This document shows positions 47,838-58,240 of a stretch of DNA of 64,000 bases, piece by piece (the first letter of the stretch is position 1; each line of letters starts with the position of its first letter). Below the pieces are notes generated by a model. That model was given only the letters and a program-made list of their open reading frames with translations, made no database searches and was not told the DNA's origin. The stretch lies in contig CAYYLC010000001.1 of NCBI GenBank assembly GCA_964472415.1, positions 67,269 through 131,268 of the forward strand. The letters are read 5' to 3'. The position numbers were made by a program, and so were the translations under genes. The DNA is from an uncultured Gammaproteobacteria bacterium (GTDB lineage: Bacteria; Patescibacteriota; Microgenomatia; Levybacterales; GWA1-39-11).

Positions 47838-49390
47838 TGATTGTCAGACTAGTAAAAAATCCAGTCACCGCTATTATTTTTTTAATTTTGACAATTGCAG
47901 CGTTTATGCGTCTGTATAGAATCTCTGAGTACATGACATTTCTCGGAGACGAGGGGAGAGATGCGATCGTTGCACGTCAAATCCTTATGGGGGATTTTAC
48001 TCTTTTGGGACCCCGTGCGTCTGCTGGAGATTTTTTTCTTGGGCCTATTTATTATTACATGATGGCGCCATTTTTGTGGTTTTTTAATTATGATCCAGTA
48101 GGTCCTGCTATTATGGTAGCACTTATCGGTGTTGCGACGGTATTTCTTGTGTATTATGTTAGCTCAAAGTTTTTTGGAAAAATTGCGGGTATAACCGCAG
48201 CAGCATTGTATGCGGTTTCTCCCGTAGTGATTGCATATTCTCGCTCTTCCTGGAATCCAAATCCAGTACCATTTTTTACGCTCCTGATGCTCTATGTTCT
48301 CTATCTCAGTATTCAGAGAGGAAGTTTGAAGCTGTTCATTGTCGTGGGTGTTCTTCTCGGGATATTATTACAGCTTCATTACATCGCGGTTTTTTTAGGA
48401 GTTATCGTATTTTTATTTGTTCTTATTGGAGGATTCATTATTCCGCGAGAGAATAAGATAAAAAATTACTTATTACAATATGCCGCAATCTTTTTCGGAT
48501 TCCTTATTGGATGGTTTCCATTTTTATTGTTCGAGGCTCGGCATGGTTTTCCAAATATTAAAACTATTTTCTCATTTATATTCGTGGGAAATTTTCAGGA
48601 AAAGCAAATAGAGAGCGTGTCACATTTAGAAATAGTTTCTGATGTTTTTTTTCGACTTTATGCAAGACTTTTAGTGGGATTCCCTCCCCCTGAACAGCTT
48701 GATAGAGTCCCTTATTTGGAATTATCATTACTCCAAGCAGTAACTGTAATTCTTATTATTGGATCGATTTTTGCTCTAATTTTTTCTCGTAAAAAGCTTA
48801 TTATTAGCTTTTTTTTAATTTGGCTTTTTGGAGGAGTATTTTTGTTTGGATTCTATAAAAAAGAAATTTATGATTATTATTTTGGATTCCTATTTCCCGT
48901 CCCCTTTATTCTTATTGGTAATTTGATAGGCAGACTGAGTGCTTTAAAAGGCAGGCTGAAAGATGTAGGAATATTCTTGGGGGTATTATTTTTCGGATTG
49001 CTATTTTACCTACTAATCGTGAAGCATCCATTCCAATTCACACCGAATCGTCAAAAACTTCAAGCAGAAACAATTGCTAATTTTGTTTTAGAAAAAACGA
49101 ATGGAAAGCCTTTTAATTTTGCACTTATAACATTGGGTAATTCTGATCATGTATTTCGGTATTATTTTGAAATAAAAAATCGTGCACCAGTAGTAATAGA
49201 GAATGCGCAAGTCGATCCTGAAAGGGGTACAGTGACAGATCAGTTGCTTGTGATATGTGAACATGACTGTAAGCCTATTGGGAACTCACTCTGGGAAGTT
49301 GCGGGGTTTGGTGATGCAGAGATAGAAGACCAGTGGAAGATTTCTTTTTTTACAGTGTATCGACTTATTCCATATGGAGAAGGTGGCTAG
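47837..49390 (+). CDS. GT-C membrane glycosyltransferase (PMT/ArnT-like)
   Basis: RLY..FLGDEGRD luminal DE motif, GPIYYY, SRSSWNPN, multiple TMs; GTG start overlaps the upstream TAG. Confidence 0.85.
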   Translation: MIVRLVKNPVTAIIFLILTIAAFMRLYRISEYMTFLGDEGRDAIVARQILMGDFTLLGPRASAGDFFLGPIYYYMMAPFLWFFNYDPVGPAIMVALIGVATVFLVYYVSSKFFGKIAGITAAALYAVSPVVIAYSRSSWNPNPVPFFTLLMLYVLYLSIQRGSLKLFIVVGVLLGILLQLHYIAVFLGVIVFLFVLIGGFIIPRENKIKNYLLQYAAIFFGFLIGWFPFLLFEARHGFPNIKTIFSFIFVGNFQEKQIESVSHLEIVSDVFFRLYARLLVGFPPPEQLDRVPYLELSLLQAVTVILIIGSIFALIFSRKKLIISFFLIWLFGGVFLFGFYKKEIYDYYFGFLFPVPFILIGNLIGRLSALKGRLKDVGIFLGVLFFGLLFYLLIVKHPFQFTPNRQKLQAETIANFVLEKTNGKPFNFALITLGNSDHVFRYYFEIKNRAPVVIENAQVDPERGTVTDQLLVICEHDCKPIGNSLWEVAGFGDAEIEDQWKISFFTVYRLIPYGEGG

Positions 49391-49641
49391 TATCCGAGGA
49401 AATTAAGCTTAATTGTTTGAGTGGACAGAAGCACAAAGAGGATAATATTTGCCGCAAAAATTATCCCACTTATTGTTAAAATTTTTCTTATACTATCCAT
49501 CGGAGATGACGCTGGCGGAGTTATTGCCTTTTTCTTTCGAACGCTTTTTTCTGAGAAACTTACTGAGTAAGAAATTCCTGTTTCAGTTCTTTTTTCAGCT
49601 GACTTTATCTTCTGTTCTCGTGTTTTTCGTTTCTTGTTCAT
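49387..49641 (-). CDS. Small basic protein with a C-terminal TM helix
   Basis: MNKKRKTREQKIK..ILTISGIIFAANIILFVLL; fills the intergenic gap. Confidence 0.7.
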   Translation of the reverse strand: MNKKRKTREQKIKSAEKRTETGISYSVSFSEKSVRKKKAITPPASSPMDSIRKILTISGIIFAANIILFVLLSTQTIKLNFLGY

Positions 49642-49662
49642 ATCGTTTCCTAGACTATCATA

Positions 49663-49691
49663 TTGACACCGATTAGGCAAGATAATACAAT
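49663..49691 (+). promoter_or_regulatory. sigma70-type promoter
   Basis: TTGACA, 17-nt spacer, TACAAT, ending 11 nt before ATG 49703. Confidence 0.7.
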
Positions 49692-49702
49692 GGACTACTG
49701 AT

Positions 49703-50173
49703 ATGAATATTGGGCCTGTGGAGATATTCTTAGCAATCTTTTTTATCTGGTCTTTGATTTTGACTTTTCTCTTCTTGCGCTTTTATTTATTTTATACGAG
49801 AATAAGAAAAGGTACGAAAGAGGAGTCTCTTATTCCAATATTAAATGAACTGCTGCAGAAAGAGCAGAAGATCGAGAAAAGCCTTGTTGAGTTTGACAAC
49901 AGAGTATTAAAACTTGAGGATGACTCACAGTTTTTCATCCAAAAGATAGGGGTTTTGAGATTTAATCCTTTTAAGGATACAGGTGGAGATCAGAGTTTTA
50001 TTTTATCATTACTTGATTCAACTGATACAGGAGTAGTGATATCGAGTTTGCACACGAGAACTGGTACCAGGTGGTATGCGAAAAAAATTGTTGAGGGGAA
50101 AGGGATGCAGCATGCACTATCGGAAGAAGAGAGAAATGCTATACTAAAAGCAACGAAGCTTTCAAAGAAATAA
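49703..50173 (+). CDS. DUF4446 family protein
   Basis: TM; IQKIGVLRFNPFKDTGGDQSFILSLLD..GVVISSLH.R..YAK..LSEEE. Confidence 0.85.
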   Translation: MNIGPVEIFLAIFFIWSLILTFLFLRFYLFYTRIRKGTKEESLIPILNELLQKEQKIEKSLVEFDNRVLKLEDDSQFFIQKIGVLRFNPFKDTGGDQSFILSLLDSTDTGVVISSLHTRTGTRWYAKKIVEGKGMQHALSEEERNAILKATKLSKK

Positions 50174-51337
50174 ATGAAAAAAAATAAATTTATACTATGG
50201 CTCGCTGGGATATATATAGTTTCTGCTCTTGCCTCCTTCTTTATTTTTTCAGGTCTCATTAGTGGACTTGGCGAAGTGCAGTCTCCAGTTCCTGCAGCTG
50301 TAACTGATGGAAGTAAGACCATGTTTGACGAAAGCCTTCCAAAGACAGAACCATGTCCTCTAAGCGGTCAGCTATTTTCTCAGCAACAAAGAGAGTGGTG
50401 GGAAGATCATGCGCCTTTGGGTGTCATGATTGAAAATCACGAAGAATCACGCCCACAGTCCGGACTTTCTAAGGCAGATGTAGTATATGAGGCTGTGGCA
50501 GAAGGGGGAATTACAAGATTTCTTGCTGTATTTTACTGTCAGGATGCAGAAGTGGTGGGGCCTGTGAGATCAGCACGGACATATTTTTTGGATTTTATGT
50601 CTGAATATGGATCGTATCCGTTATATACCCATGTAGGAGGAGCAAATACGCCAGGTCCTGCTGATGCACTTGGACAGATCAGGCAGTATGGATGGAACGA
50701 ATATAATGATATGAACCAATTCTCTATAGGGTACCCGATTTTCTATCGTGATTATGATAGGCTTGGAAGAACTGTTGCGACTGAACATACAATGTATTCT
50801 TCTACAACTCGTCTTTGGGAGTATGCGAAAGAAAAGAGAGGGCTTACGAATGTGGACGAAGATGGAAATGAGTGGGATGAAGATTTCAGATATTATGAAT
50901 TTAAAGAAGATGCAGCAGAATCAGCGCGTCCTGTAAGTCAAACCATTTCTTATGATCCATGGGAGGGATATGGAGCGTATACAGTTTCGTGGAAGTATGA
51001 TAGAGCTTCAAATAGCTATCTTCGTTCAAATGGTGGGCAGCCTCATACTGATTTGAATACTAAAGAGCAGATTAGAGCAAAAAATATCGTAGTGCTTTAC
51101 ATGCGCGAAAGTAGAGCAAATGATGGATATGAGGGAAATGCACATCTTCTCTATGGTACAAAAGGGCGAGGAGATGCCGTAGTTTTTCAAGATGGAAGAG
51201 AAATTAAAGCACAGTGGTCAAAGCAAAATAGGTCTGCCCGGTTAATAGTTACAGCCAAAGGGAAAGAGATTCAATTTAATCCTGGATTGACGTGGTTTAG
51301 TGTGCTGCCCCTCGAATCACCACTTGAAATAGAGTAG
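50174..51337 (+). CDS. DUF3048 (YerB-like) secreted protein
   Basis: PLGVMIENH..RPQSGLSKADVVYE..EGGITRF..GPVRSAR. Confidence 0.88.
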   Translation: MKKNKFILWLAGIYIVSALASFFIFSGLISGLGEVQSPVPAAVTDGSKTMFDESLPKTEPCPLSGQLFSQQQREWWEDHAPLGVMIENHEESRPQSGLSKADVVYEAVAEGGITRFLAVFYCQDAEVVGPVRSARTYFLDFMSEYGSYPLYTHVGGANTPGPADALGQIRQYGWNEYNDMNQFSIGYPIFYRDYDRLGRTVATEHTMYSSTTRLWEYAKEKRGLTNVDEDGNEWDEDFRYYEFKEDAAESARPVSQTISYDPWEGYGAYTVSWKYDRASNSYLRSNGGQPHTDLNTKEQIRAKNIVVLYMRESRANDGYEGNAHLLYGTKGRGDAVVFQDGREIKAQWSKQNRSARLIVTAKGKEIQFNPGLTWFSVLPLESPLEIE

Positions 51338-51377
51338 TATAATATATTTACTCAATAGCGAAATCTATATTTAATGT

Positions 51378-51950
51378 ATGTTAAAGGATCTTATTACGTC
51401 TAAAACGAGAGTTAAAATACTGTCTCTTTTCCTGGAGGATGTAGAGGCGATGTATCATGTTCGTGAAATCGTGCGTCGTGTTGATGAGGAGATAAATGCA
51501 GTTAGACGAGAGCTTATCCTTCTAGATAAAAAAGGTCTTCTCAACAAGGAGAAGAGAGGGAATCGAGTATATTATTTTTTCGATAAGAGCTATCCATTTC
51601 TGAGCGATTTGATTAGGCTTCATGCAAAGGAATCTGGCTTGGGGAAAGATATCCTTTCAAATAAATCAAAACTTGGTAATATAAAATATGCGATGATTTC
51701 TGGAAAATATGCACGGAACATCTCTACTGATGATGAGGTGGATATGTTAATTGTAGGTTTGATAGTATTACCAGAATTGCAATTGATAGTGAAAAAAGAA
51801 GAAGAGAGAAAAGGGAGAGAAATAAACTATACTATTATGAGTGAAGAGGAGTTTAATTTTAGGAAAACAAGACGTGATCCTTTCATTTTCTCTATTATTA
51901 GCGGATCTCGGATTATGTTAGTAGGAGATGAGGAGAAATTCTTGCAATAA
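51378..51950 (+). CDS. Winged-HTH protein with a C-terminal nucleotidyltransferase-like domain
   Basis: SKTRVKIL..YHVREIVR..INAVRREL HTH; SGKY..DEVDMLIVG..REINYTIM. Confidence 0.75.
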   Translation: MLKDLITSKTRVKILSLFLEDVEAMYHVREIVRRVDEEINAVRRELILLDKKGLLNKEKRGNRVYYFFDKSYPFLSDLIRLHAKESGLGKDILSNKSKLGNIKYAMISGKYARNISTDDEVDMLIVGLIVLPELQLIVKKEEERKGREINYTIMSEEEFNFRKTRRDPFIFSIISGSRIMLVGDEEKFLQ

Positions 51951-51953
51951 TTT

Positions 51954-53336
51954 ATGAATCGACCGAAGTTATTTATTTTAATTATTTTTTTGGCCTCTAT
52001 CCTTTTCTTGATAGTAAACTCTCCAGTCCCATTTGCTTTTAATGAAATATCTCTTCCTTTTACAAATAAGAAGATAGACATACCTGATGTTGCATTTGAT
52101 CCAAATGATGTGACGTTTGGGATTGAGCCGTTTGGGATTAGTCGAGACATGTCATATAAGCTCGGTTTGGATTTACAGGGCGGAACACAGCTTACCTACC
52201 ACGTAGATATGGCAGAGATTGCCTCAGAAGACCGTGATAGTGCATTTAATTCTGTGAGAGATATTATTGAGAGGCGCATTAACTTACTTGGGGTTTCAGA
52301 GCCGAATATTCAGAGTGTTCGTGCAGGGGGTGATTATCGTTTGGTTGTCGAATTGCCGGGGATTTCTGATACAGAATCTGCGTTAAGTTTGATAGGGCAA
52401 ACTGCTCAGCTTACTTTTTGGGAAGCAGATGCGCAAAGTCTAGAGGTAGCAACGGAATCTGCAAGCATACTTGATCAGAATCTTTTGATTCTTCTGGGAG
52501 GGAAGCCAAAAGAGACAAATTTAACCGGTAAAGATCTTCAGAGAACTCAAGTCGTGTTTGATCAAGCGATGGGAATTCCACAGGTGCAGCTGCAGTTTTC
52601 AGACGAAGGAGCCCAAAAATTCTTAGAGATAACGAGTCGGAATATCGGAAAAAGTGTTGCAATAGTGCTCGATGATCAGATAATTAGCGCGCCAGTTGTG
52701 CAGCAAGAGATTTCAGGTAGTACTGCTGTTATTACAGGGAGTTCTAATGTCGAAGAGGCAAACAGACTCTCTATAGCGCTTAATGCTGGAGCTCTTCCAG
52801 CACCGCTTGATTTAGTAGCACAGAGTTCTATAGGTCCATCACTTGGGAAAGTATCGTTGGACAAAAGTATTTTTGCAGCAATAATAGGATTTCTATCAGT
52901 AATAATATTTATGATTTATATCTATCGAAAAGAGGGATTTCTTGCATGTATTGCATTGGGAGTTTATACACTGATAAACCTATTTATTTTTAAACTTATT
53001 CCAGTAACATTAACACTTGCAGGAATTGCTGGAATAGTACTTTCTATCGGAATGGCAGTTGATGCGAATATTTTAATATTTGAGCGAATGCGTGAAGAGT
53101 TGAAGAATGGAAAACCTCGGAAAATTGCAATCCAAAATGGTTTTAAGCGTGCATGGCCGTCAATTAGAGATACGAATGTTACGAGTATAATTACAACTAT
53201 TATTCTTTTTTACTTTGGGAGCAGTATTGTAAGAGGGTTTGCGCTGACTCTTTTTATCGGGATCGTAGTGTCGATGTTTACTGCCGTTACAGTAAGCAGA
53301 AACTTATTATTAGTATTTGATTCTAACGAGAAATAA
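51954..53336 (+). CDS. secD: Protein translocase subunit SecD
   Basis: LGLDLQGG, RRINLLGVSEP, IGPSLG, IGMAVDANILIFER. Confidence 0.96.
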   Translation: MNRPKLFILIIFLASILFLIVNSPVPFAFNEISLPFTNKKIDIPDVAFDPNDVTFGIEPFGISRDMSYKLGLDLQGGTQLTYHVDMAEIASEDRDSAFNSVRDIIERRINLLGVSEPNIQSVRAGGDYRLVVELPGISDTESALSLIGQTAQLTFWEADAQSLEVATESASILDQNLLILLGGKPKETNLTGKDLQRTQVVFDQAMGIPQVQLQFSDEGAQKFLEITSRNIGKSVAIVLDDQIISAPVVQQEISGSTAVITGSSNVEEANRLSIALNAGALPAPLDLVAQSSIGPSLGKVSLDKSIFAAIIGFLSVIIFMIYIYRKEGFLACIALGVYTLINLFIFKLIPVTLTLAGIAGIVLSIGMAVDANILIFERMREELKNGKPRKIAIQNGFKRAWPSIRDTNVTSIITTIILFYFGSSIVRGFALTLFIGIVVSMFTAVTVSRNLLLVFDSNEK

Positions 53337-54256
53337 TGAATGTTATAGGAAATAGAAAAATATTTTTAGGAATTTCTGGGGTACTCACGATGGTGAGTAT
53401 TTTCCTTTTAATTGTGTATGGATTGCGACTCTCTATCGATTTTAACGGTGGATCACGACTTGAAATACCGCGTACAGACGAAATTTCTAGGGAAAAAGTT
53501 GAGGATGCGTATAATAAATCTAATAGGGAGATAAATTCTATTCAAGAAACTGACAGGAGTTATAAAATTAGCTCTGAAAGCCTTTCAGAAGAAAAAAAAG
53601 ATGTAATTGTTGGAGAGCTCGGAGTTTCTGAGTTGAGCTTTGAAGTGCTTGGTCCTACGATTGGGGCTGAAACGCGGAATAAGGCATTTATGGCAGTTGC
53701 TATTGCGATTGTTGCGATAACTGTTTATATTGCACTTGCATTTCGAAAAAGTAGCCAAGCTGTTTCTTCTTGGAAGCTGGGAATTTCTGCAATTCTTGCA
53801 CTTGCTCATGATGTAATAGTAACTCTCGGATTCTTTTCATTGTTTGGGGTTCTTTTCGGAGTAGAAATTGACACGTTATTTGTTACAGCGATTCTGACTA
53901 TTATTGGATTTTCTGTTCATGACACGATCGTGGTGTTTGATAGAATTAGAGAAAATATTGCAACAAACGTGAGAAATCTTCCCTTTGAAGTAATTGTAAA
54001 TAATTCGATTACGGAAACTCTTGGGAGGAGTTTGAATACTTCTATGACAGTTTTATTTATACTTATCGCAATGGTTTTGTTTGGAGGAGAAAGTATCAGA
54101 TGGTTTGTGGTGGCATTTATTATTGGTGTAGTTGTTGGGACCTATTCATCAATATTTATCGCAGCACCGTTACTTCTCGAATGGCATAATTTTGATAACC
54201 GTGGAGGATTTAAGAAGCTCAAAGAAACCATTAAAAAAAAGATGAATAGAAAGTAG
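53336..54256 (+). CDS. secF: Protein translocase subunit SecF
   Basis: SIDFNGG, GPTIG, LAHDV, GFSVHDTIVVFDRIRE, GTYSSIFIA. Confidence 0.96.
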   Translation: MNVIGNRKIFLGISGVLTMVSIFLLIVYGLRLSIDFNGGSRLEIPRTDEISREKVEDAYNKSNREINSIQETDRSYKISSESLSEEKKDVIVGELGVSELSFEVLGPTIGAETRNKAFMAVAIAIVAITVYIALAFRKSSQAVSSWKLGISAILALAHDVIVTLGFFSLFGVLFGVEIDTLFVTAILTIIGFSVHDTIVVFDRIRENIATNVRNLPFEVIVNNSITETLGRSLNTSMTVLFILIAMVLFGGESIRWFVVAFIIGVVVGTYSSIFIAAPLLLEWHNFDNRGGFKKLKETIKKKMNRK

Positions 54257-54263
54257 TTAATAA

Positions 54264-54707
54264 TTAAGAAAGTTCTTCTCGGACAATTCTGCTTACTAAG
54301 CCTCCATCAGCCTTTCCTTTTACTTGTGGCATGACGACTCCCATAAGTTTACCCATATCAGATTGGTTGATTGCATTGGTTGTTTCTTTTGCCCCTTTTA
54401 TTATTTCTCTGATTTCCTCTTCTGACATTTGTTTAGGCTGATATGATATAAGAATATTAAGTTCTTTCTCTTCCTTTTCTGCCATCTCCAATCGTTCGCC
54501 TTTTTTATAAAATTCAATTGATTCTTTTCTTTTCTTAATCTCTCGTGAGATAATGGTTAAAATATCTTCATCCGTTGCTTCATAGCCAAGCCCCTTCTCA
54601 ATTTCATAGTTTTTTAGTGCAGAAAGTAAGAGTCGAAGTGTTGAGATCCTTAACTCATCTTTTGCAAACATTGCTGTTTTCAAATCTGATTTAATTTTTT
54701 CTTTCAT
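54264..54707 (-). CDS. GatB/YqeY domain protein
   Basis: DLKTAM..LRLL..KKRKESIEFY..YQPKQMSEEE..DMGKLMG..KGKADG. Confidence 0.92.
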   Translation of the reverse strand: MKEKIKSDLKTAMFAKDELRISTLRLLLSALKNYEIEKGLGYEATDEDILTIISREIKKRKESIEFYKKGERLEMAEKEEKELNILISYQPKQMSEEEIREIIKGAKETTNAINQSDMGKLMGVVMPQVKGKADGGLVSRIVREELS

Positions 54708-54723
54708 ATATAAGTATTATACT

Positions 54724-56088
54724 CTATTTTTCTTTCAACGCTCGAATTCTAGAAAGTAAGAAGTTGCGATCATTTTTAGAAAGATCTTCATCAACTTCTT
54801 CAAACAATACTTGTAGGATTTTTCCAACTTCGCGTCCTGGGGGAATGTTGAGCTCTTTCATAATATCATTTCCATCAATTGCTAGGTCATTAATAGAGAA
54901 TGGGGGGTTGAGTTGCTCTGAAAGACGCTCTTTAAATTTTTTTAATCTCCAACTCTCTGCAACCTGAGTTCCTCCGCCGAGCCTATCACCAATTCTCAAA
55001 TCTATCATATCCGCTACATTTTCTATCCCTACGCGTCTGATGAATCGACGAATGGCGCTGTCTGTAATGTTTTCATCAATTGTAAACATATGCCATCGAA
55101 TAAGGGTATAGATTTTTTCTCGCTCCTTTTTCGAAAAATGGAATCTATCAGCAATGTTTTTTGCGATTCTGCTTCCCACTACTTCGTGGTTGTAGAAAAT
55201 CACATATCCACTTTCATCAATAGATGCGACATCTGGTTTCCCGACATCATGGAGTAATGTTGCAAATCTGACGAGCGGATCACTTGATGGGCAATATTTA
55301 AGTGATAAAACGTTATGAGTGAAGACATCATCTTTGTGATGTCTACCGGGGCGTTTTTGCGAAATCCCCTTTCCTCTCGTGAGTTCTGGAAGGATAATTT
55401 CTAAAATTCCTACATTATCTAAAAGCATAACCCCTTCGTATGGGAAATCACTTGCAAGTATTTTTAGTAACTCTTCCCGGATTCTTTCATAGGAAATACG
55501 AGAAATGAGCTGATTGTTTTTCTTGATTGCCTTCCAAGTTTTTTCTTCAATAGTGAATTCCAGTTGAGTTGCGAATCGTATAGCTCTTAGCATTCTGAGA
55601 GCATCTTCTTGGAATCGCTCGTCAGGATTTCCTACTGCACGAATAATCCTTTTATCCAAATCCTTTTTTCCGTTCGTCAAGTCAATAAGTATCTGCTCAT
55701 CGTCTTTGATTTCAATTGCAAGACTATTTACTGTAAAATCTCGTCGCGTTACATCCTCTATTAGTGTCTTCCCCCATGAAACAGACTCAGGATGTCTGAA
55801 GTTTTTGTACCCTCCTTCTGTGCGAAAAGTTGTAATTTCCACAATAGTAACTACCTCTTCGTCTTTTTTTATTGGCACTCCTACCGTACCGTAAGAGTTA
55901 TCGTAGTAACTATCAGGGAATATTTCCTGAATTTGTTCAGGAGTGGCATTTGTCGTCAGGTCCCAATCTTTGACTTTACGTTCCAGTAGGAGATTTCTTA
56001 CACAGCCACCAATAAGGTATACTTCAAATCCTGCATTTTGAATTGCTTTGTATAATGTGATAATTTCATCAGGTATCAAATATTTCAT
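54724..56088 (-). CDS. cca: tRNA nucleotidyltransferase (CCA-adding class II) with an HD domain
   Basis: GGCVRN..DWDLTT, EITTFR, RRDFTVN, EDALRMLRAIRF, ERIREEL, LLHDVGKP. Confidence 0.9.
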   Translation of the reverse strand: MKYLIPDEIITLYKAIQNAGFEVYLIGGCVRNLLLERKVKDWDLTTNATPEQIQEIFPDSYYDNSYGTVGVPIKKDEEVVTIVEITTFRTEGGYKNFRHPESVSWGKTLIEDVTRRDFTVNSLAIEIKDDEQILIDLTNGKKDLDKRIIRAVGNPDERFQEDALRMLRAIRFATQLEFTIEEKTWKAIKKNNQLISRISYERIREELLKILASDFPYEGVMLLDNVGILEIILPELTRGKGISQKRPGRHHKDDVFTHNVLSLKYCPSSDPLVRFATLLHDVGKPDVASIDESGYVIFYNHEVVGSRIAKNIADRFHFSKKEREKIYTLIRWHMFTIDENITDSAIRRFIRRVGIENVADMIDLRIGDRLGGGTQVAESWRLKKFKERLSEQLNPPFSINDLAIDGNDIMKELNIPPGREVGKILQVLFEEVDEDLSKNDRNFLLSRIRALKEK

Positions 56089-56119
56089 ATAATAATGTGA
56101 TGCTTATTTGCAGTATATC

Positions 56120-57745
56120 ATGAAAAAATGGAAAATATTAACTTCAGAAACAGTCAAATCTGAAGATGATGTTATTAAAACACTTATTGCTGAAAGAAAT
56201 TTTGATGAGTCATTTCTTCACCCTAGACTATCTAATCTCACGATAGAAAAATCTGGGATTGATAAAAAGGAATTACAGAAAGCAATCATTCGGATCCAGG
56301 AGGCAATTAAAAAAAATGAAAAGATCGTAATTTTAGGAGATTATGATGTAGATGGGATTTGTGCATCTGCAATTTTATGGGAAACGATTTATAAAAAATA
56401 TAAAAATATCTTCCCTTATATCCCTGATAGATTTTCTGAAGGATATGGTATTTCAGAAAAAACGTTAGAGAATATTTTAGAAAAATATCCCGATGTGAAA
56501 CTCATCATAACAGTAGATAACGGGATCGTGGCAGTAGGACCTGTGGAGATCGCAAAAGAAAAAGGAATAGACGTGGTTATTACTGATCATCATGTTGCGG
56601 GAGAATTATTACCAGATGCGTATGCTATCGTGCATACTACATATTTTTGCGGTGCAGGGGTTGCATGGATGTTAGCACGCGAATTAGGATTTGAAGATGA
56701 TGAAGCAATGCAGGAAAAATTAGAGCTTGCGTGTCTTGCGACTATTGCAGATCTGGTGCCACTTACTGATTTGAATAGAGTTATCGTGATTTTTGGACTT
56801 GAGTATTTGCGAAAGACGCGTCGACCAGGATTGCAAGAGCTTTATAAATCTGCAGGAATTGAATCGGAAAAAATTTCAGAGTATCACATTGGTCATGTAA
56901 TTGGTCCCAGAATCAATGCAAGCGGAAGAGTCTTTCATGCGATAGAAAGCCTCAGATTGCTTTGTACAAATGATAAGAGATATGCTGAAAAAACTGCGCA
57001 ACATCTTGAGTCTACAAATAAAAAACGTCAGCAAATGGTATCGGATTCTGTGCAGCATGCAAAGCTTACAGTTCTCCAGAAAGACTTTGGGAAAATCATT
57101 GGAGTTAGTCATAAGACGTACTCTGAAGGAGTAGTTGGACTAATTTCCTCAAGACTTGTTGAGGAGTACTATCGTCCGGCATTTGCAATCTCTGCCGGAG
57201 AGACCGTATCAAAAGGTTCTGCTCGAAGTATCCACGGAGTAAATATTATAGAGCTCTTGCGTTCAGTTTCTCATCTCCTAATAGAACTTGGTGGACATCC
57301 GATGGCTGCAGGATTTTCTTTGGAGACTGCAAAGATTGGAGATTTTTTTGTAGCGCTTGAGGAGAAGCTAATAGGGATAGATGAAGAGATTTTTCAGAAG
57401 ACGCTCGATATAGATATGGAGCTTCCGGTAGAAATTATTACAAAGTCTTTGTATAAGAGGTTGCAGAAATTATCTCCGTTTGGAATTGCAAATCGAGAAC
57501 CAATTTTTGCAACACGGGAAATCTTTGTAAAAGATATACGTTTCTTGGGAAAAGATAAATCTCATCTTAAATTGAAGATTGAAAAGAGTGGAGAAAAATT
57601 TGATGCAATTGGGTTTGGCCTAGCACAAAAATATGAATTGAGAGTTGGGGGGAAAATAAATATTGCCTACACTTTAAGTCTTAATGAATGGAGGAATGCA
57701 GAGACACTCCAATTTATAGTTAAGGATATTATCGTTTTAGATTGA
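56120..57745 (+). CDS. recJ: Single-stranded-DNA exonuclease RecJ
   Basis: GDYDVDG, ITVDNGI, TDHH, ATIADLVPL, PRINASGR, KGSARS, GGHPMAAG. Confidence 0.97.
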   Translation: MKKWKILTSETVKSEDDVIKTLIAERNFDESFLHPRLSNLTIEKSGIDKKELQKAIIRIQEAIKKNEKIVILGDYDVDGICASAILWETIYKKYKNIFPYIPDRFSEGYGISEKTLENILEKYPDVKLIITVDNGIVAVGPVEIAKEKGIDVVITDHHVAGELLPDAYAIVHTTYFCGAGVAWMLARELGFEDDEAMQEKLELACLATIADLVPLTDLNRVIVIFGLEYLRKTRRPGLQELYKSAGIESEKISEYHIGHVIGPRINASGRVFHAIESLRLLCTNDKRYAEKTAQHLESTNKKRQQMVSDSVQHAKLTVLQKDFGKIIGVSHKTYSEGVVGLISSRLVEEYYRPAFAISAGETVSKGSARSIHGVNIIELLRSVSHLLIELGGHPMAAGFSLETAKIGDFFVALEEKLIGIDEEIFQKTLDIDMELPVEIITKSLYKRLQKLSPFGIANREPIFATREIFVKDIRFLGKDKSHLKLKIEKSGEKFDAIGFGLAQKYELRVGGKINIAYTLSLNEWRNAETLQFIVKDIIVLD

Positions 57746-57746
57746 T

Positions 57747-58115
57747 TTATATATTATTATTTGGTAATTGGTTTGTCAGGAGATATTCTTCCTGTTCTCT
57801 CATGATTTGATGTCTTCTCCGAGGTTTTTTCTTAGATTCTTTTGAAGAGACACCTTCATTATCTTTTTTAATCGGAAGAATATCTGGGATTATTTCGTTG
57901 AGCGCATCAATCACATGCGGTGCTTTGCCAATATCTGTCATGGCAAGCGTTACGTTATTAACATTTCGAGTTACATCAACACTTGGCACGTTGGCATTTC
58001 TCAAAAGTTCTCTATAGCCTGGTATTACCTGAGAAGCTGCTTCAAGCAAAAGAGATTCATCTGAGCACAATATCCGTGCCTCTCTTGATGCGTGTATTTG
58101 TTGTCGTTCTTTCAT
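57747..58115 (-). CDS. Hypothetical protein downstream of an attenuator
   Basis: 122-aa ORF MKERQQIHAS... with a basic C-terminal tail; alternative in-frame ATG at 58157; no family recognised. Confidence 0.6.
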   Translation of the reverse strand: MKERQQIHASREARILCSDESLLLEAASQVIPGYRELLRNANVPSVDVTRNVNNVTLAMTDIGKAPHVIDALNEIIPDILPIKKDNEGVSSKESKKKPRRRHQIMREQEEYLLTNQLPNNNI

Positions 58116-58124
58116 TTTGACAAT

Positions 58125-58154
58125 AAAAAAACTCCCGTATATATTTGGGAGTTT
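58125..58154 (-). terminator. Intrinsic terminator (3:4 helix) of the attenuator
   Basis: Minus strand reads AAACTCCC-AAATATATAC-GGGAGTTTTTTT. Confidence 0.8.
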
Positions 58155-58180
58155 CATAAAATGTCCTACACAAAACTCCC

Positions 58181-58231
58181 CTAGGCCTTAAAGGCTTTGG
58201 AGTAGATATTAATGTATAGGCAAATATTCAT
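58181..58231 (-). CDS. Putative 16-aa leader peptide
   Basis: MNICLYINIYSKAFKA*; its ATG lies 9 nt after TATAAT and its stop abuts the antiterminator strand. Confidence 0.55.
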   Translation of the reverse strand: MNICLYINIYSKAFKA

Positions 58232-58240
58232 CGCCAGACG

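Noticed and set aside
51378-51950. MNT-HEPN toxin-antitoxin pair
   Set aside because: No adjacent HEPN gene; the protein sits between DUF3048 and secD in housekeeping context.
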